This document shows positions 20,320-30,495 of a stretch of 64,000 nucleotides of DNA, piece by piece. Numbering within the stretch: position 1 is the first letter of the stretch; each line of letters begins with the position of its first letter. The stretch spans positions 2,978 through 66,977 of the forward strand of contig JBBQKQ010000002.1 of the NCBI GenBank assembly GCA_038326985.1, read 5' to 3'. The notes beneath the pieces were generated by a model, which did no database searches, had not been told where the DNA came from, and worked only from the letters and a program-made list of their open reading frames with translations. Origin of the DNA: Minisyncoccia bacterium. GTDB taxonomy: Bacteria > Patescibacteriota > Minisyncoccia > Phycocordibacterales > UBA5272. Both the position numbers and the translations under genes were made by a program.

Positions 20320-20404
20320 GCCCGGGTGGCGAAATTGGCAGACGCACTAGCCTTAGGAGCTAGCGAGGCAACTCATGAAGGTTCAAGTCCTTTCCCGGGC
20401 ACCA
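20320..20404 (+). tRNA. tRNA-Leu (anticodon TAG), type II with long variable arm and encoded CCA
   Basis: Hand-folded cloverleaf: acceptor GCCCGGG/CCCGGGC, D stem GCG/CGC, anticodon stem CTAGC/GCTAG, loop CTTAGGA, 13 nt variable arm, T loop TTCAAGT, 3' ACCA. Confidence 0.8.
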
Positions 20405-20660
20405 AAATGGAACTTAAAATTTTTGAAGAAGCAGAAATGCGGGACGCGCGAAGCGCCTCCCAATGGTTTCCGCCTAGATTTCCCCCAGAATCCGCAGAAG
20501 AATCTGCCAAAAATAAATCCGAATTTGGCGCGCAAGCGTGTGGAGTTTTTTCGCCGAGGAGGAGGTGCGAGCCAAAGATTTCTTCGGCACAGACCTTTTT
20601 AGAAAAAAGGTCTGAATCAGAAGCGATTTTGTCCAAGGATTGAGAGTCTTTTAGCCAGTT
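20405..20660. other. GC-rich (~50%) noncoding-looking segment between tRNA-Leu and the IS remnant. Function unknown.
   Basis: Composition strongly deviates from the ~30% GC surroundings. Local hairpins include GCGCGAAGCGC and CAGACCTTTTTagAAAAAAGGTCTG. The overlapping ORFs on both strands look spurious. Confidence 0.3.
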
Positions 20661-20989
20661 TTGGAAAGGTGTGAGCAAATCGTTCTGCTTATATAAAAAA
20701 GTAGATATATCTTATTTAAGAGATAAAAATTTTTTTTCCCCACAAAAGCAGTCAAAGATGGGTCGGAGTTTTTGTAGTCTTGCAAATCAAGACGATTTAA
20801 TTCCTCTACTCAGTCTTTGGGCAAAGAAGCTTTTTGAATTAAGAATGATAATTGCTAGTCTAGTTTTTCACAACGAAGCTACATTTCGGGACATTTCATT
20901 ACTTTAGATTTTTTTTTCGTATATCTGTAATACGCAAAGTGGATACTTGATCGTGGAGTTAGAAGATGCAAGGAATGTAAAAAAGATGT

Positions 20990-21680
20990 CTCTGTATAAG
21001 TGGACACAGTTTTGGTACATACTCAAATACCAATTAGGCTTTTGTTGCAAGCTATTTGGCTAATCATCTTTTCTAAACAAGGTGTCAATACTATGGAGTT
21101 AGTAAAAATGTTAGGCATGAAAAGTGAGAGATCTGGCTGGGACTTATTGCAAAAAATACTTAGTGCTATGGTCAAAACTTCAGCCAATTTACTATCTAGT
21201 TAGTAGAAATAGACGAGGTTTTCCTAGAAGGCGAGCATGCTGGTAAGCGTGGTTGAGGTGCCTTTGGTAAAACTTTGATACTTGTGATAGTTGAAGACAA
21301 AGTCGAAGCTAGATTCGGTAGAATACGAATGTGTGTCATAAAAAATGCTGAAGATCAAACTTTGTTAAAAGCCATACAAAGTATGGTATCTGTTGGCAGT
21401 ATAATTCGTAACGATCAACACAAAAGTTATTCACTCATAAAAGAGCATTACTACGAGCATAAACCTGTTGCTAAAGTTGTTCATAAACTTGGAGAAGACA
21501 ACACACCACTTGTGCAAAAAGTGGCTTCACTTTTTAAAAGGTGGCTTTTAGGAACTCATCAAGGTGGCATGGAACCTTTGTATATTCCATCTTACCTATA
21601 TGAATACACTTTCCGTTTTAATAGACTAAAATCCAAATCTCGTGATAAACTATTATTCGATAGAAAATCTAATTAAAAAA
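20990..21680 (+). pseudogene. Decayed IS1595-family (ISXO2-like) transposase, split into at least two frames
   Basis: 21000-21203 encodes HTQIPIRLLLQAIWLIIFSKQGVNTMELVKMLGM, matching the F.NTKIPLRKWF.AIYL...KGISS.QLAR HTH region. 21275-21676 encodes DNTPLVQKVASLFKRWLLGTHQGGMEPLYIPSYLYEYTFRFNR, matching the C-terminal HTN.IE..WS.LKR...GTYH.VS.KHL..Y..EF.FRYNNR signature. The catalytic core between them is missing or fragmented. Confidence 0.6.
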
Positions 21681-21734
21681 CCTTTAGTGGTGATAGATGA
21701 CTAGACCAGAAATAAAATAAAAATATGACGAATA

Positions 21735-22243
21735 AAAATATGCTTTATGCTGGGTTAGTCATGTTAATAATCTCTATCTTCTTGTGGCTTTTTACTTTTA
21801 ACAATACTACATAAACTCCCGTTATTACTTAAGACCAAGTGGCTACAACTGCAAATAATTCTGTAGATGCTGGCACAAAGACAGAAATTGTAGCTGATTC
21901 ACAAGTGCCTGTAAAATACATTTCTGGTTATCCAAAGTCTTGACCAAGTGACATTGTAAAGTATCTAAATGGTATTGTAAATACAAAAGCTGAAGATAAT
22001 CTAAATTCTAAAGCAAAAGAAGTAATTGTAATTCTGACAACAGGAGACACAGTGCATACTGTAGTTAAATTTTATTTAAAGAATTTGGTTGCAAATGGCT
22101 GGAAAATAACTGAAGATGGTGCTGGACTTGCCAATCAAATTACTTTTAGAGCCACAAAAGGGGTAAGAACTGTTGGTGCCTACGTTCAAAAAATAACAGA
22201 TGGAAAAACGAAATTGACAATGGGTGTAAATGAGGGAATATAA
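21735..22243 (+). pseudogene. Disrupted gene for a small secreted protein: a signal peptide in one frame, then a frameshift and two in-frame stops (TAA 21830, TGA 21941) before the 22052-22243 ORF
   Basis: The signal-peptide-like start MTNKNMLYAGLVMLIISIFLWLF is in frame 0. The continuous protein-like reading is in frame 2, interrupted only by TAA and TGA. It lies adjacent to the IS remnant. Confidence 0.3.
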
Positions 22244-23849
22244 AAGAAATTATAAAATGAACAAAAAAATATCAAGAGAAGAAAATGCTAGATATGCTAG
22301 GTCGCTTATTGAGGCTTCACTAGACCCACTTGTTACTATTAGCATTGATGGAAAAATTACAGATGTTAATGAAGGTTCAATAAAAGTGACAGGAATTTCC
22401 AGAGAAAAATTAGTGGGAACTGACTTTTCAGATTATTTTACTGAGCCAGAAAAGGCCCGCGCAGGCTATAAACAAGTTTTTGCAGACGGATTGGTGACAG
22501 ACTATCCATTAACGATTCACCATTTGAACGGTACTTTGACTCATGTGCTTTATAATGCCTCGGTGTATACAGATGAAAAAGGGGAAGTTTTAGGTGTTTT
22601 TGCAGCGGCAAGAGATGTAACTGCCAAAAAAGAATTGGAAAAACAATTAGCAGAATTTGCAAAACTACAAGATGAAAAAATTATAAATAGAACCGTGGAA
22701 CTTGCTCAAAAAGTAAAAGAGCTTAGTGAGGCCAAAGCTAAAGACGAGGCTATTTTGCTTTCCCTTGGTGCCGCATTGGTGGTAGTAGATAAAGAAGGGA
22801 AAATAGAATTTGTAAATAAGGCCTTTGAGGAGCTTTTAGGTTGGGCGCAATCAGAGGTGCTAGGTAAATTCATGGTAGAGGTCATACCCCGTGAAGATGA
22901 AGCTGGACTTGAGGTGCCATTTGTGGAAAGAATTTTGTCAGAAGTTTTAGCTGGTAAAAAAATCACAACTTCAAACATTAAGTCTAGCGATTTAGATGCC
23001 CCAGTTATGGTATTACCTCCATATTATTATATCCGTAAAGACAAGACTAGATTCCCGGCAGCAGGGTTTATTAACCCTATTTTACTCAATAAAAGAGTTG
23101 TTGGAGCAGTTGAAATATTTCGCGATATTACAAAAGAAAAAGAATCAGACACAGCTAAAAGTGACTTTATTTCTCTTGCAGCTCATCAACTTCGTACCCC
23201 TCTTTCGGTTGTTTCCTGGTATATAGAAATGCTTTTAGATGGTGATGGTGGTGAGTTGAATGAGATACAAAAAGATTATTTTCAACAAATTTACAACGCA
23301 ACAGAAAGAATGTTAGATATGGTGAACTCGTTACTAAACGTTGCTTTACTTGATGTTGGAGCAGTGATAATTCATGATGAACATACTGATGTGGCATTAT
23401 TAATTCAAGATGTTATGGATGAGCAGAAAAAAGATATTTTGGAAAAAGAAATGGAAATTACTTTTGATTATACAAAAAATTTACCACTTATAAAGATTGA
23501 TCCAAAAAGACTAAGAATGGTTTTACAAAATTTAATATCAAATTCCGTAAAATACACTGAGAAAAAAGGTAAAATAAAAATCAAGATGTCGATCTTAAAT
23601 AAAAATGGTAAAGAAAAAAAAGAGTTGCTATTGTCAGTGGAAGATAATGGTCTCGGTATCCCTTTTGAATTCCAATCTAAAATATTTACAAAATTTTTTA
23701 GAGCAGACAATGTGGTCCAACGATCAACAGCTGGTACTGGATTAGGTATGTATCTAGCAAAAAATATTGTAGAAGCTTCTGGTGGAAAAATTTGGTTTGA
23801 AAGCAAGGAAAATATAGGCACAACTTTTTATGTGACTTTGCCCATGTAA
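22230..23849 (+). CDS. Cytoplasmic PAS-domain sensor histidine kinase. An alternative start at 22257 is possible.
   Basis: Two PAS-like regions, the HisKA H-box FISLAAHQLRTPLSVV, and HATPase_c N/G boxes NSVKYT, VEDNGLGIP and GTGLGMYLAK. Confidence 0.8.
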   Translation: MREYKRNYKMNKKISREENARYARSLIEASLDPLVTISIDGKITDVNEGSIKVTGISREKLVGTDFSDYFTEPEKARAGYKQVFADGLVTDYPLTIHHLNGTLTHVLYNASVYTDEKGEVLGVFAAARDVTAKKELEKQLAEFAKLQDEKIINRTVELAQKVKELSEAKAKDEAILLSLGAALVVVDKEGKIEFVNKAFEELLGWAQSEVLGKFMVEVIPREDEAGLEVPFVERILSEVLAGKKITTSNIKSSDLDAPVMVLPPYYYIRKDKTRFPAAGFINPILLNKRVVGAVEIFRDITKEKESDTAKSDFISLAAHQLRTPLSVVSWYIEMLLDGDGGELNEIQKDYFQQIYNATERMLDMVNSLLNVALLDVGAVIIHDEHTDVALLIQDVMDEQKKDILEKEMEITFDYTKNLPLIKIDPKRLRMVLQNLISNSVKYTEKKGKIKIKMSILNKNGKEKKELLLSVEDNGLGIPFEFQSKIFTKFFRADNVVQRSTAGTGLGMYLAKNIVEASGGKIWFESKENIGTTFYVTLPM

Positions 23850-23909
23850 TATATTTGCTTCAACCTTCCCATTGACATATTTTTATGGTATGATTGATAT
23901 AACATCATA

Positions 23910-24275
23910 ATGAAAATAATTTTGTTAGTGGAAGACGATATTTCCTTACTAACTGTAATCCAAATAAAATTGGAAAGATGTGGCTTTAAAGTTGTCACTG
24001 CAAGAAGTGTTGAAAGTGCAATGGAAAAAATAATGAAAGTAGATGGCATATGGCTTGACCATAACCTAATTGGTAAAGAAAACGGAATGGATTTTGTCAT
24101 AAAATTTAAAGCTAAAACTAAAAAATTTAAAGAAACACCCGTTTTTGTTGTTTCCAATACATCTTCTCAAGATGTACAAAAATGTTATGCAGATCTTGGG
24201 GTTCTGAATTATTTTGTAAAAGCCGAACATAAACTTAGTGAAATAGTTAAACAAGTACAAACATCTCTGTCGTAG
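23910..24275 (+). CDS. Single-domain response regulator, CheY-like receiver
   Basis: MKIILLVEDD with acidic pocket, phospho-acceptor Asp in IWLDHNL, and a conserved Lys region. No output domain. Confidence 0.75.
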   Translation: MKIILLVEDDISLLTVIQIKLERCGFKVVTARSVESAMEKIMKVDGIWLDHNLIGKENGMDFVIKFKAKTKKFKETPVFVVSNTSSQDVQKCYADLGVLNYFVKAEHKLSEIVKQVQTSLS

Positions 24276-24287
24276 TTTTTTTAGAAA

Positions 24288-25214
24288 TTATTTAATTCCA
24301 CAAACCTTTTTTAAAGCCTCGGAGTCAGCTTTTGTGATTGTAAACCCTACACCGTCATCAATGTAGTGCATAATAGAATTTTTTTGCTTTAAATGATCGA
24401 GGCCTAGTGCGTGCCCAAGCTCATGAGCTAAAACTCTTTTCAAAGAATTGAAATCTTCATACTCATAAATATCAATTGTGCCATAAGAAGAATAAAGTCC
24501 TTTTTCAAACTCACCTCCAGTATTAGAATTATAAGAATTTACAATAGTATTTACAGAGTTAACTTCTGAATTATGAGTGCTAACATTTTGATTAATTTCC
24601 GATTTTAAAGAATTTAGCTCGTTAATTAAAACCTGCAAATTGTTTTTTTGTTGGTCAAGACTAGCTTTTTCTTGCTCCAATACTTGAGCTTGCTGCACAG
24701 TTGCACCGCCACTATTATTTATGGCTCTAACTTTATAATTGTAAGAATCAAGATTTGTCTGATACTTTTTATTTTCAATTTCGAAAGCTATATTTTTATT
24801 ATTATAATTGGCTTTTAAATCAGAAATGATTTTGCCGTCATTTTTAAGCTCTGCTTCTTTCACTCTAATATTTTCAGCAATTATTTTATTTTTAATTGTG
24901 TCTCGCTGTCTTTTGTCAAAAATAAATCTTATTTTTATTTCACCACCCGCATCATATTTTAAAACTTCTTTCCCAACAGATTTGTTCCAGGCCTCTGCAA
25001 CTGCTTTAGCTTGTAGAACAGCAGTACTTGTAGAGAGATTGAAATTTTTATCTATAGTTACTATTTCAAATGTCTTAGGTGTTTGGTAATTTAAAAAAAG
25101 TCTGGGAATATTTTTAGTTAAATCTGCCAAATTTGTCAAATCTTGTTTTGAGTAAAATTTGTAGGCCAAAAAGATAATAACAAGTAAGAATAAATACTTT
25201 ATTAATTTAAACAT
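24288..25214 (-). CDS. Secreted or membrane-anchored zinc metalloprotease, metzincin/matrixin-like HExxHxxGxxH
   Basis: C-terminal VLAHELGHALGLDH plus a Met-turn-like SIMHY. N-terminal TM helix and a central coiled-coil, Asn-rich region. Confidence 0.7.
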   Translation of the reverse strand: MFKLIKYLFLLVIIFLAYKFYSKQDLTNLADLTKNIPRLFLNYQTPKTFEIVTIDKNFNLSTSTAVLQAKAVAEAWNKSVGKEVLKYDAGGEIKIRFIFDKRQRDTIKNKIIAENIRVKEAELKNDGKIISDLKANYNNKNIAFEIENKKYQTNLDSYNYKVRAINNSGGATVQQAQVLEQEKASLDQQKNNLQVLINELNSLKSEINQNVSTHNSEVNSVNTIVNSYNSNTGGEFEKGLYSSYGTIDIYEYEDFNSLKRVLAHELGHALGLDHLKQKNSIMHYIDDGVGFTITKADSEALKKVCGIK

Positions 25215-25281
25215 GTTTATATATATTATACGCTAAAAACTTTGAAAGTATTTCAGCTATTATACGTAGTATAATGTAGAT

Positions 25282-26040
25282 ATGAAAAAAATTCTTTTTA
25301 TAGTGCCTGTGCTTTTCCTGCAAATATTTACTGCAAGTGCACAGACTTTATCAACATCAACTGCATCAACCTCGACATCAACTATTTCTACTTCAACCTA
25401 TATTAGAGTCCTTATACCAGAAGGTTTACGAAAAGAAGAGATTGCTAAAATTTTTACCAAAAGTCTTAACTGGGATAAAAAACAAGAAAAAAACTTTTTA
25501 AGTTTTAATGAGGGTACGTATTTTCCAGAAACTTATTTAATTCCTCCAAATGAAGTAGCTACAAAAACTGCCCAGAGACTTATATCAAAGTTTAATGAAC
25601 AACTGGGTCCATATTTGCCTTTGTTTAATGAACAAAACGTAAAATGGACCACTGCTCTTACTCTTGCATCAATCGTACAGCGCGAGGCTGCGAATAGCCA
25701 AGATATGCCAATCGTTGCAGGTATTTTGTGGAATAGGTTAAACCAGAAAATGCAACTAAATGCAGATGCAACTTTACAGTATTTGCGCGGGGATACTGGA
25801 AATGGCTATTGGGCACAAGTTTCTGTGAAAGACAAAAAAATAAAATCTCCATATAATACTTATAAAAATAAAGGTTTACCTCCTCACCCCATTTCTAATC
25901 CTGGAATATCTGCTATAGAAGCTGTTCTAAATCCTGCGACTACAACATGTCTTTATTATTTACACGATAAAGACCACATAATTCATTGCGCAAATACTTA
26001 CGATGAGCATTTACAAAATATTGAGACTTATTTGAAATAA
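25282..26040 (+). CDS. YceG/MltG-like endolytic transglycosylase family protein, short paralog with a Ser/Thr-rich linker
   Basis: Signal peptide, STSTASTSTSTIS linker, and the YceG core ASIVQREAANSQDMPIVAGILWNRLNQKMQLNADATLQY. Confidence 0.65.
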   Translation: MKKILFIVPVLFLQIFTASAQTLSTSTASTSTSTISTSTYIRVLIPEGLRKEEIAKIFTKSLNWDKKQEKNFLSFNEGTYFPETYLIPPNEVATKTAQRLISKFNEQLGPYLPLFNEQNVKWTTALTLASIVQREAANSQDMPIVAGILWNRLNQKMQLNADATLQYLRGDTGNGYWAQVSVKDKKIKSPYNTYKNKGLPPHPISNPGISAIEAVLNPATTTCLYYLHDKDHIIHCANTYDEHLQNIETYLK

Positions 26041-26613
26041 CTATTTTTGGTGAATTTTATTGGTCTCTATATTTTCTTTATCAGGAGGTAGGTCTCTTAA
26101 ATCCTCCGCTTTACTATCAAAAAGTATTCCATCTAAGTGGTCAATTTCGTGCTGAAAAATTTGAGCCATAAGTCCTGAAGCTCCGCGAACATGTCTGATC
26201 CCAAATTCGTCTAGGCTTTCTATCATTACTTGTTTTGATCTCTCAACTTCACCATACATCCAACGAACAGAAAGACAACCCTCTAACATAAAATCTTTCT
26301 CTTTTGAAGATTTTAAAATACGTGGGTTGATATACACTGTTTGAAAATTTTTAGTATTTTTATGAAAAGCAATTGGAGATAGTATAAACAAACGGATAGA
26401 TTCACCAACCTGTGGCGCTGCAATAGCTACACCATCCTCTTGTTTTGCAAGTTCGTCTTTCATTAAATCTATCACGTCATTTAAAAACCTACCTCCTATT
26501 TCCGATGCCAAAATTGGCCTTGCCATTTTTTCTAGCACAGGGTTACCTTTATTTACAATTTTATTTGACACTTTCATTTGTATGTATTGTAACATATTTT
26601 CAAATTTGCACAT
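26041..26613 (-). CDS. def: Peptide deformylase
   Basis: Motifs GVAIAAPQVG, EGCLSV and QHEIDHLDG. Confidence 0.85.
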   Translation of the reverse strand: MCKFENMLQYIQMKVSNKIVNKGNPVLEKMARPILASEIGGRFLNDVIDLMKDELAKQEDGVAIAAPQVGESIRLFILSPIAFHKNTKNFQTVYINPRILKSSKEKDFMLEGCLSVRWMYGEVERSKQVMIESLDEFGIRHVRGASGLMAQIFQHEIDHLDGILFDSKAEDLRDLPPDKENIETNKIHQK

Positions 26614-26639
26614 AATTAGATTATTGCTATACTTACGAC

Positions 26640-27035
26640 ATGAAAAATAAAAATTTACAAGTTGTCGGACTAATTTTTGTACTATTGGTTATTGGCTCAC
26701 TTTATTTCTGGTATAAAGATTCCAAAGCTCCTGGACAATATGACGAATTTGCGAAGTGCCTCGGAGACAAAGGTTTGAAATTCTACGGAGCATTCTGGTG
26801 TCCACATTGCCAAAAAGAAAAAGCCTTATTCGGAAAATCGAAACAATATTTGCCATATGTTGAGTGTTCAACTGCTGACGGTAATGGGCAAACACAAATC
26901 TGTAAAGATAAAGGAGTAACAGGGTATCCAACTTGGGAATACATGAAAAATGGAACTACCACCATGGAAAGTGGAGAAAAGACTCTACAAGATTTGGCTG
27001 ATATGACAAGCTGTGTTTTAGCTCCTGTTAAATAA
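26640..27035 (+). CDS. Membrane-anchored thioredoxin-like protein with WCPHC active site
   Basis: N-terminal TM helix, FYGAFWCPHCQKEK, and a cis-Pro region GYPTW. Confidence 0.55.
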   Translation: MKNKNLQVVGLIFVLLVIGSLYFWYKDSKAPGQYDEFAKCLGDKGLKFYGAFWCPHCQKEKALFGKSKQYLPYVECSTADGNGQTQICKDKGVTGYPTWEYMKNGTTTMESGEKTLQDLADMTSCVLAPVK

Positions 27036-27704
27036 GTGCTAAGTAAAGAAGCGCAGTTTCTAAAAAAGAAAGATAAAATATTGGGTAAAATAATTTTAGA
27101 GGATTTACCTGTGCTAAAAAGTAGGGGAAATGTCTACGAGTCGTTACTCTCATCAATTATTTCTCAACAAATTTCATTAGGAGCAGCAAGATCAATAAAA
27201 GAAAAATTCTTAAAATTATTCAATAAAAATACATTGAAATTTCCACGCATAAAAGAACTATTGGAAATAAGCGACGAAGATTTGAGAAGTGCCGGACTTT
27301 CGAAACCAAAAATAGGTTATATGAAAAATGTTGCAGAACATTATAAGACCCCACCTAGCCTCCCCTTGTTAAGGGGAGGAACAGTGCAATATGAAAATAT
27401 GAGTGATAGTGAAGTAATAGCAGATTTAGTAAAAATAAAGGGTGTGGGAGAGTGGACAGCTGAAATGATACTTATTTTTTCCCTACTTAAACCGGATGTG
27501 TATTCTTATAAAGATTTAGCATTAACAAATACTATAATCGAAACTTACAATATAAAAAAAGACAACTACACTCCAAAACAACTGAAAGAAGAAGTTTTAA
27601 AAATAACTGACAAATGGTCCCCGCACCGAAGCTTGGCTTCTAGATATTTATGGGAATATAGAGGTAAAAAGAAAATAAAATTAATAAATAAAAATCTCAC
27701 TTGA
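27036..27704 (+). CDS. HhH-GPD superfamily DNA glycosylase (AlkA / 3-methyladenine glycosylase II-like), GTG start
   Basis: HhH-GPD core VKIKGVGEWTAEMILIFSL...D. Contains in-frame palindromic repeat copy c just upstream of the HhH motif. Confidence 0.65.
   Translation: MLSKEAQFLKKKDKILGKIILEDLPVLKSRGNVYESLLSSIISQQISLGAARSIKEKFLKLFNKNTLKFPRIKELLEISDEDLRSAGLSKPKIGYMKNVAEHYKTPPSLPLLRGGTVQYENMSDSEVIADLVKIKGVGEWTAEMILIFSLLKPDVYSYKDLALTNTIIETYNIKKDNYTPKQLKEEVLKITDKWSPHRSLASRYLWEYRGKKKIKLINKNLT
27347..27380 (+). repeat. Palindromic repeat family copy c, in-frame inside the glycosylase gene
   Basis: GACCCCACCTAGCCTCCCCTTGTTAAGGGGAGGA, translated as TPPSLPLLRGGT. Confidence 0.8.
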
Positions 27705-27760
27705 CAGAAAATTTGTATTTGGTATAGATATAGTATTAATAACCTAAAGTAAACAAAAAT

Positions 27761-30475
27761 ATGCCACCATTTAACTTATTTTCCATGACTGCACAACGGT
27801 CAATTCAGAAAGCTCACGAAATAGCTGGTGAGCGTGGTATAAGCCACGTTTCTTCTATGCATTTATTGCTATCGCTTTTTACTTTGGAAGATGATGTGCT
27901 CTTAACAATTTTTGAAAAAATGGAGCTTAACCAATTAGACATTATAGACAGTTTGTTGGAAAAACTCGAAGACAGAAACGTGGGTGATCAGATGTCGACT
28001 AGTTACGTGCAACAGATGTTTTTAACCCCTGACATGGCCGAGACACTAGACCGCGCAATGCATGTAGCAAAAGAAATGAATGATAAAACAATTGAGCCTG
28101 AGCACTTATTTTTAGCACTTTTAAGTATTGATAAAGAAGCAGCCAAGTTTTTATTGCCGTACAATATTAACTTTGATAATTTCAAAAAAATAGTTTTAGA
28201 AGTGCATCAAGAAAATCTTGATGAACAAGAGTTAGAAAATATTGAGGGAGAGGAGTCAGAAAATAAAAGCAATCCAAAAGCTAGAGCGGTAGAAAAATTT
28301 ACTCGCAATTTAACTAAAGAAGCAAAACAAGATAAAATAGACCCTGTTATTGGGCGAGATAAAGAGACGATGCGCCTAATGCAAATTTTATCTCGTAGAA
28401 CTAAAAACAATCCTATAATTATTGGTGAACCCGGAACAGGAAAAACCGCAGTAGCAGAAGGACTAGCACTCAGAATAGCAAAAGGTGACGTTCCCGAGTC
28501 TTTAAAAGGTAAAGAACTAGTTTCGCTTGATTTAGGACTTTTAATTGCAGGTACAAAGTATAGAGGAGAATTTGAAGAGAGATTAAAAAATATAATGAAA
28601 GAAATAGAGAAATCTAAAGGTAAGATTATTCTCTTTATTGATGAAATACATACTATAATTGGAGCAGGAAACCGTGAAGGTGAGAGTGATGTAGCAAACA
28701 TGCTTAAACCAGCCCTTTCACGAGGAGAAATACGTGTTATAGGTGCAACTACAATAAATGAGTATCAAAAACACATTGAAAAAGATGCTGCTTTAACCCG
28801 CCGTTTTCAGCCAATATTTGTAGAAGAACCTTCTGAGGTTGACACGATTGCAATATTGCGTGGAATAAAAGAAAAGTACGAGCTTTTTCATGGAGTCAGA
28901 ATAACCGATGATGCCATTATTGCTTCTGTTGAATTATCAACAAAATATATTTCCAATAGATTTTTGCCGGACAAAGCCATTGATCTTATTGATGAAGCAG
29001 CCTCAACTCTCAGGATGACTTTGGAAAATAAACCAATTGTTTTAGATGAGGCACACAGAAAAATAATGAAGCTCGAGATTGAAAAAAAATCTTTAGTTGA
29101 AGGTGATGCAAAAATTAAAATCATCGCGGCACAAATAGCAAAAATTAAAAAAGAAATAGCCCCCACAGAAAAAAAGTGGAAAGCTGAAAAAGATTTGTTA
29201 TCTGAAATACAGAGAATAAAGACGGAGCTCGACACGATGAGGGTTGAAAGTGAGCAAGCGGAATCAATGGGTGATTTAACAAAAATTGCCGAAATACGCT
29301 ATGGAAAAATACCCGAGCTTAAAAGTGAAATGCAAGTAAAAATAACCGAGCTTGCACTTTTACAGAAAAAAGGAAGTCGTGTATTAAAAGAAGAAATAAA
29401 TAGGGAGGACATTGGTAGAGTTGTAGCTCAATGGACAGGAATACCAGTGCTTAGAATGCTAGAAGACGAAGCTCAAAAGCTAGAACATATGGAAGAGTTT
29501 TTACACGCGAGAGTTGTAGGACAAGAAGAAGCTGTTAGTAAAGTTGCACATGCAATAAGAAGAAGTAGAGTGGGAATTGGTGACCCAAACCGACCAATTG
29601 GTTCTTTCATATTTTTAGGACCTACTGGAGTAGGAAAAACCGAACTTACAAAAGCCTTGGCGGAATTTATGTTCAATGATGAAAAGGCACTGGTCCGAAT
29701 TGATATGAGTGAATACATGGAAAAACACAGTGTTTCTAAACTGGTAGGAGCTCCACCAGGATACGTAGGATATGATGAGGCAGGTCAATTAACAGAAGCT
29801 ATTCGCCATAGACCATACTCGGTAATACTTTTTGACGAAGTGGAAAAAGCTCACCCAGAAGTTTTCAATATTCTTCTTCAAGTTTTGGATGAGGGAAAAC
29901 TTAAAGACTCAAAAGGTCGATATGTAAACTTTAAAAATTGTATTATAGTACTCACTTCTAACTTGGGTTCTCAGTTTATAAATAAGATGGAAAGTTTTGG
30001 TTTTAACGAAAAACCAACATCAGATTATTCCAACATGAAAGAAAAAGTATTAACTAGTTTGAAAGATTTCTTTAGACCAGAATTCTTAAACAGGCTTGAT
30101 GAAATAGTTGTCTTTGATGTGCTTTCAAAAGAAATGATAAAAGATATTGTAAAAATTCAATTAAATATTTTAGTGGACAGATTAAAAACAAAGAATGTGA
30201 ATTTAAGTTTTACTGAAGCCTCAGTTGATAAAATTTCTGAACTTGGATTTGACCCTCATTATGGAGCACGACCCGTTAAGAGGATTATTCAAACTGAAGT
30301 TTTAAACCCCATTGCACTGACCTTAGTAAAATATGTAAATAAATTTGAGAAAAATGTATTACTAGATGTTAAAAAGGACAAGGGAATACTCAAATCTGAG
30401 AATAAATTAGAAATTTCTTTTAAAGGACTCACAAAAGGAATCTCACTTAAAAAAGTCAATATTGCAAAAAAATAA
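27761..30475 (+). CDS. clpB: ATP-dependent chaperone ClpB: two AAA+ modules plus a long middle coiled-coil
   Basis: Clp_N repeats, Walker A motifs GEPGTGKTA and GPTGVGKTE, a ~120 aa coiled-coil M-domain, and the sensor-2 GARPVKR. Confidence 0.85.
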   Translation: MPPFNLFSMTAQRSIQKAHEIAGERGISHVSSMHLLLSLFTLEDDVLLTIFEKMELNQLDIIDSLLEKLEDRNVGDQMSTSYVQQMFLTPDMAETLDRAMHVAKEMNDKTIEPEHLFLALLSIDKEAAKFLLPYNINFDNFKKIVLEVHQENLDEQELENIEGEESENKSNPKARAVEKFTRNLTKEAKQDKIDPVIGRDKETMRLMQILSRRTKNNPIIIGEPGTGKTAVAEGLALRIAKGDVPESLKGKELVSLDLGLLIAGTKYRGEFEERLKNIMKEIEKSKGKIILFIDEIHTIIGAGNREGESDVANMLKPALSRGEIRVIGATTINEYQKHIEKDAALTRRFQPIFVEEPSEVDTIAILRGIKEKYELFHGVRITDDAIIASVELSTKYISNRFLPDKAIDLIDEAASTLRMTLENKPIVLDEAHRKIMKLEIEKKSLVEGDAKIKIIAAQIAKIKKEIAPTEKKWKAEKDLLSEIQRIKTELDTMRVESEQAESMGDLTKIAEIRYGKIPELKSEMQVKITELALLQKKGSRVLKEEINREDIGRVVAQWTGIPVLRMLEDEAQKLEHMEEFLHARVVGQEEAVSKVAHAIRRSRVGIGDPNRPIGSFIFLGPTGVGKTELTKALAEFMFNDEKALVRIDMSEYMEKHSVSKLVGAPPGYVGYDEAGQLTEAIRHRPYSVILFDEVEKAHPEVFNILLQVLDEGKLKDSKGRYVNFKNCIIVLTSNLGSQFINKMESFGFNEKPTSDYSNMKEKVLTSLKDFFRPEFLNRLDEIVVFDVLSKEMIKDIVKIQLNILVDRLKTKNVNLSFTEASVDKISELGFDPHYGARPVKRIIQTEVLNPIALTLVKYVNKFEKNVLLDVKKDKGILKSENKLEISFKGLTKGISLKKVNIAKK

Positions 30476-30495
30476 AAATAGAATACAATAATAAA

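Noticed and set aside
20326-20678. ORF-track ORFs 20326-20643 (+), 20375-20602 (+) and 20373-20678 (-) as coding genes
   Set aside because: They overlap the hand-folded tRNA-Leu(TAG) and the GC-rich stretch. Their peptides are Arg/Pro/Ala-rich compositional artefacts of high GC. No RBS is present.
21828-21943. In-frame TAA and TGA inside a protein-like frame as evidence for an alternative genetic code (e.g. code 25, UGA=Gly, in some CPR lineages)
   Set aside because: All long conserved genes in the window (rpoB, rpoC, clpB, leuS, nrdA) read through cleanly and terminate normally in the standard code. TAA is also involved, and it is not reassigned in those codes. A pseudogene next to an IS remnant is the simpler explanation.
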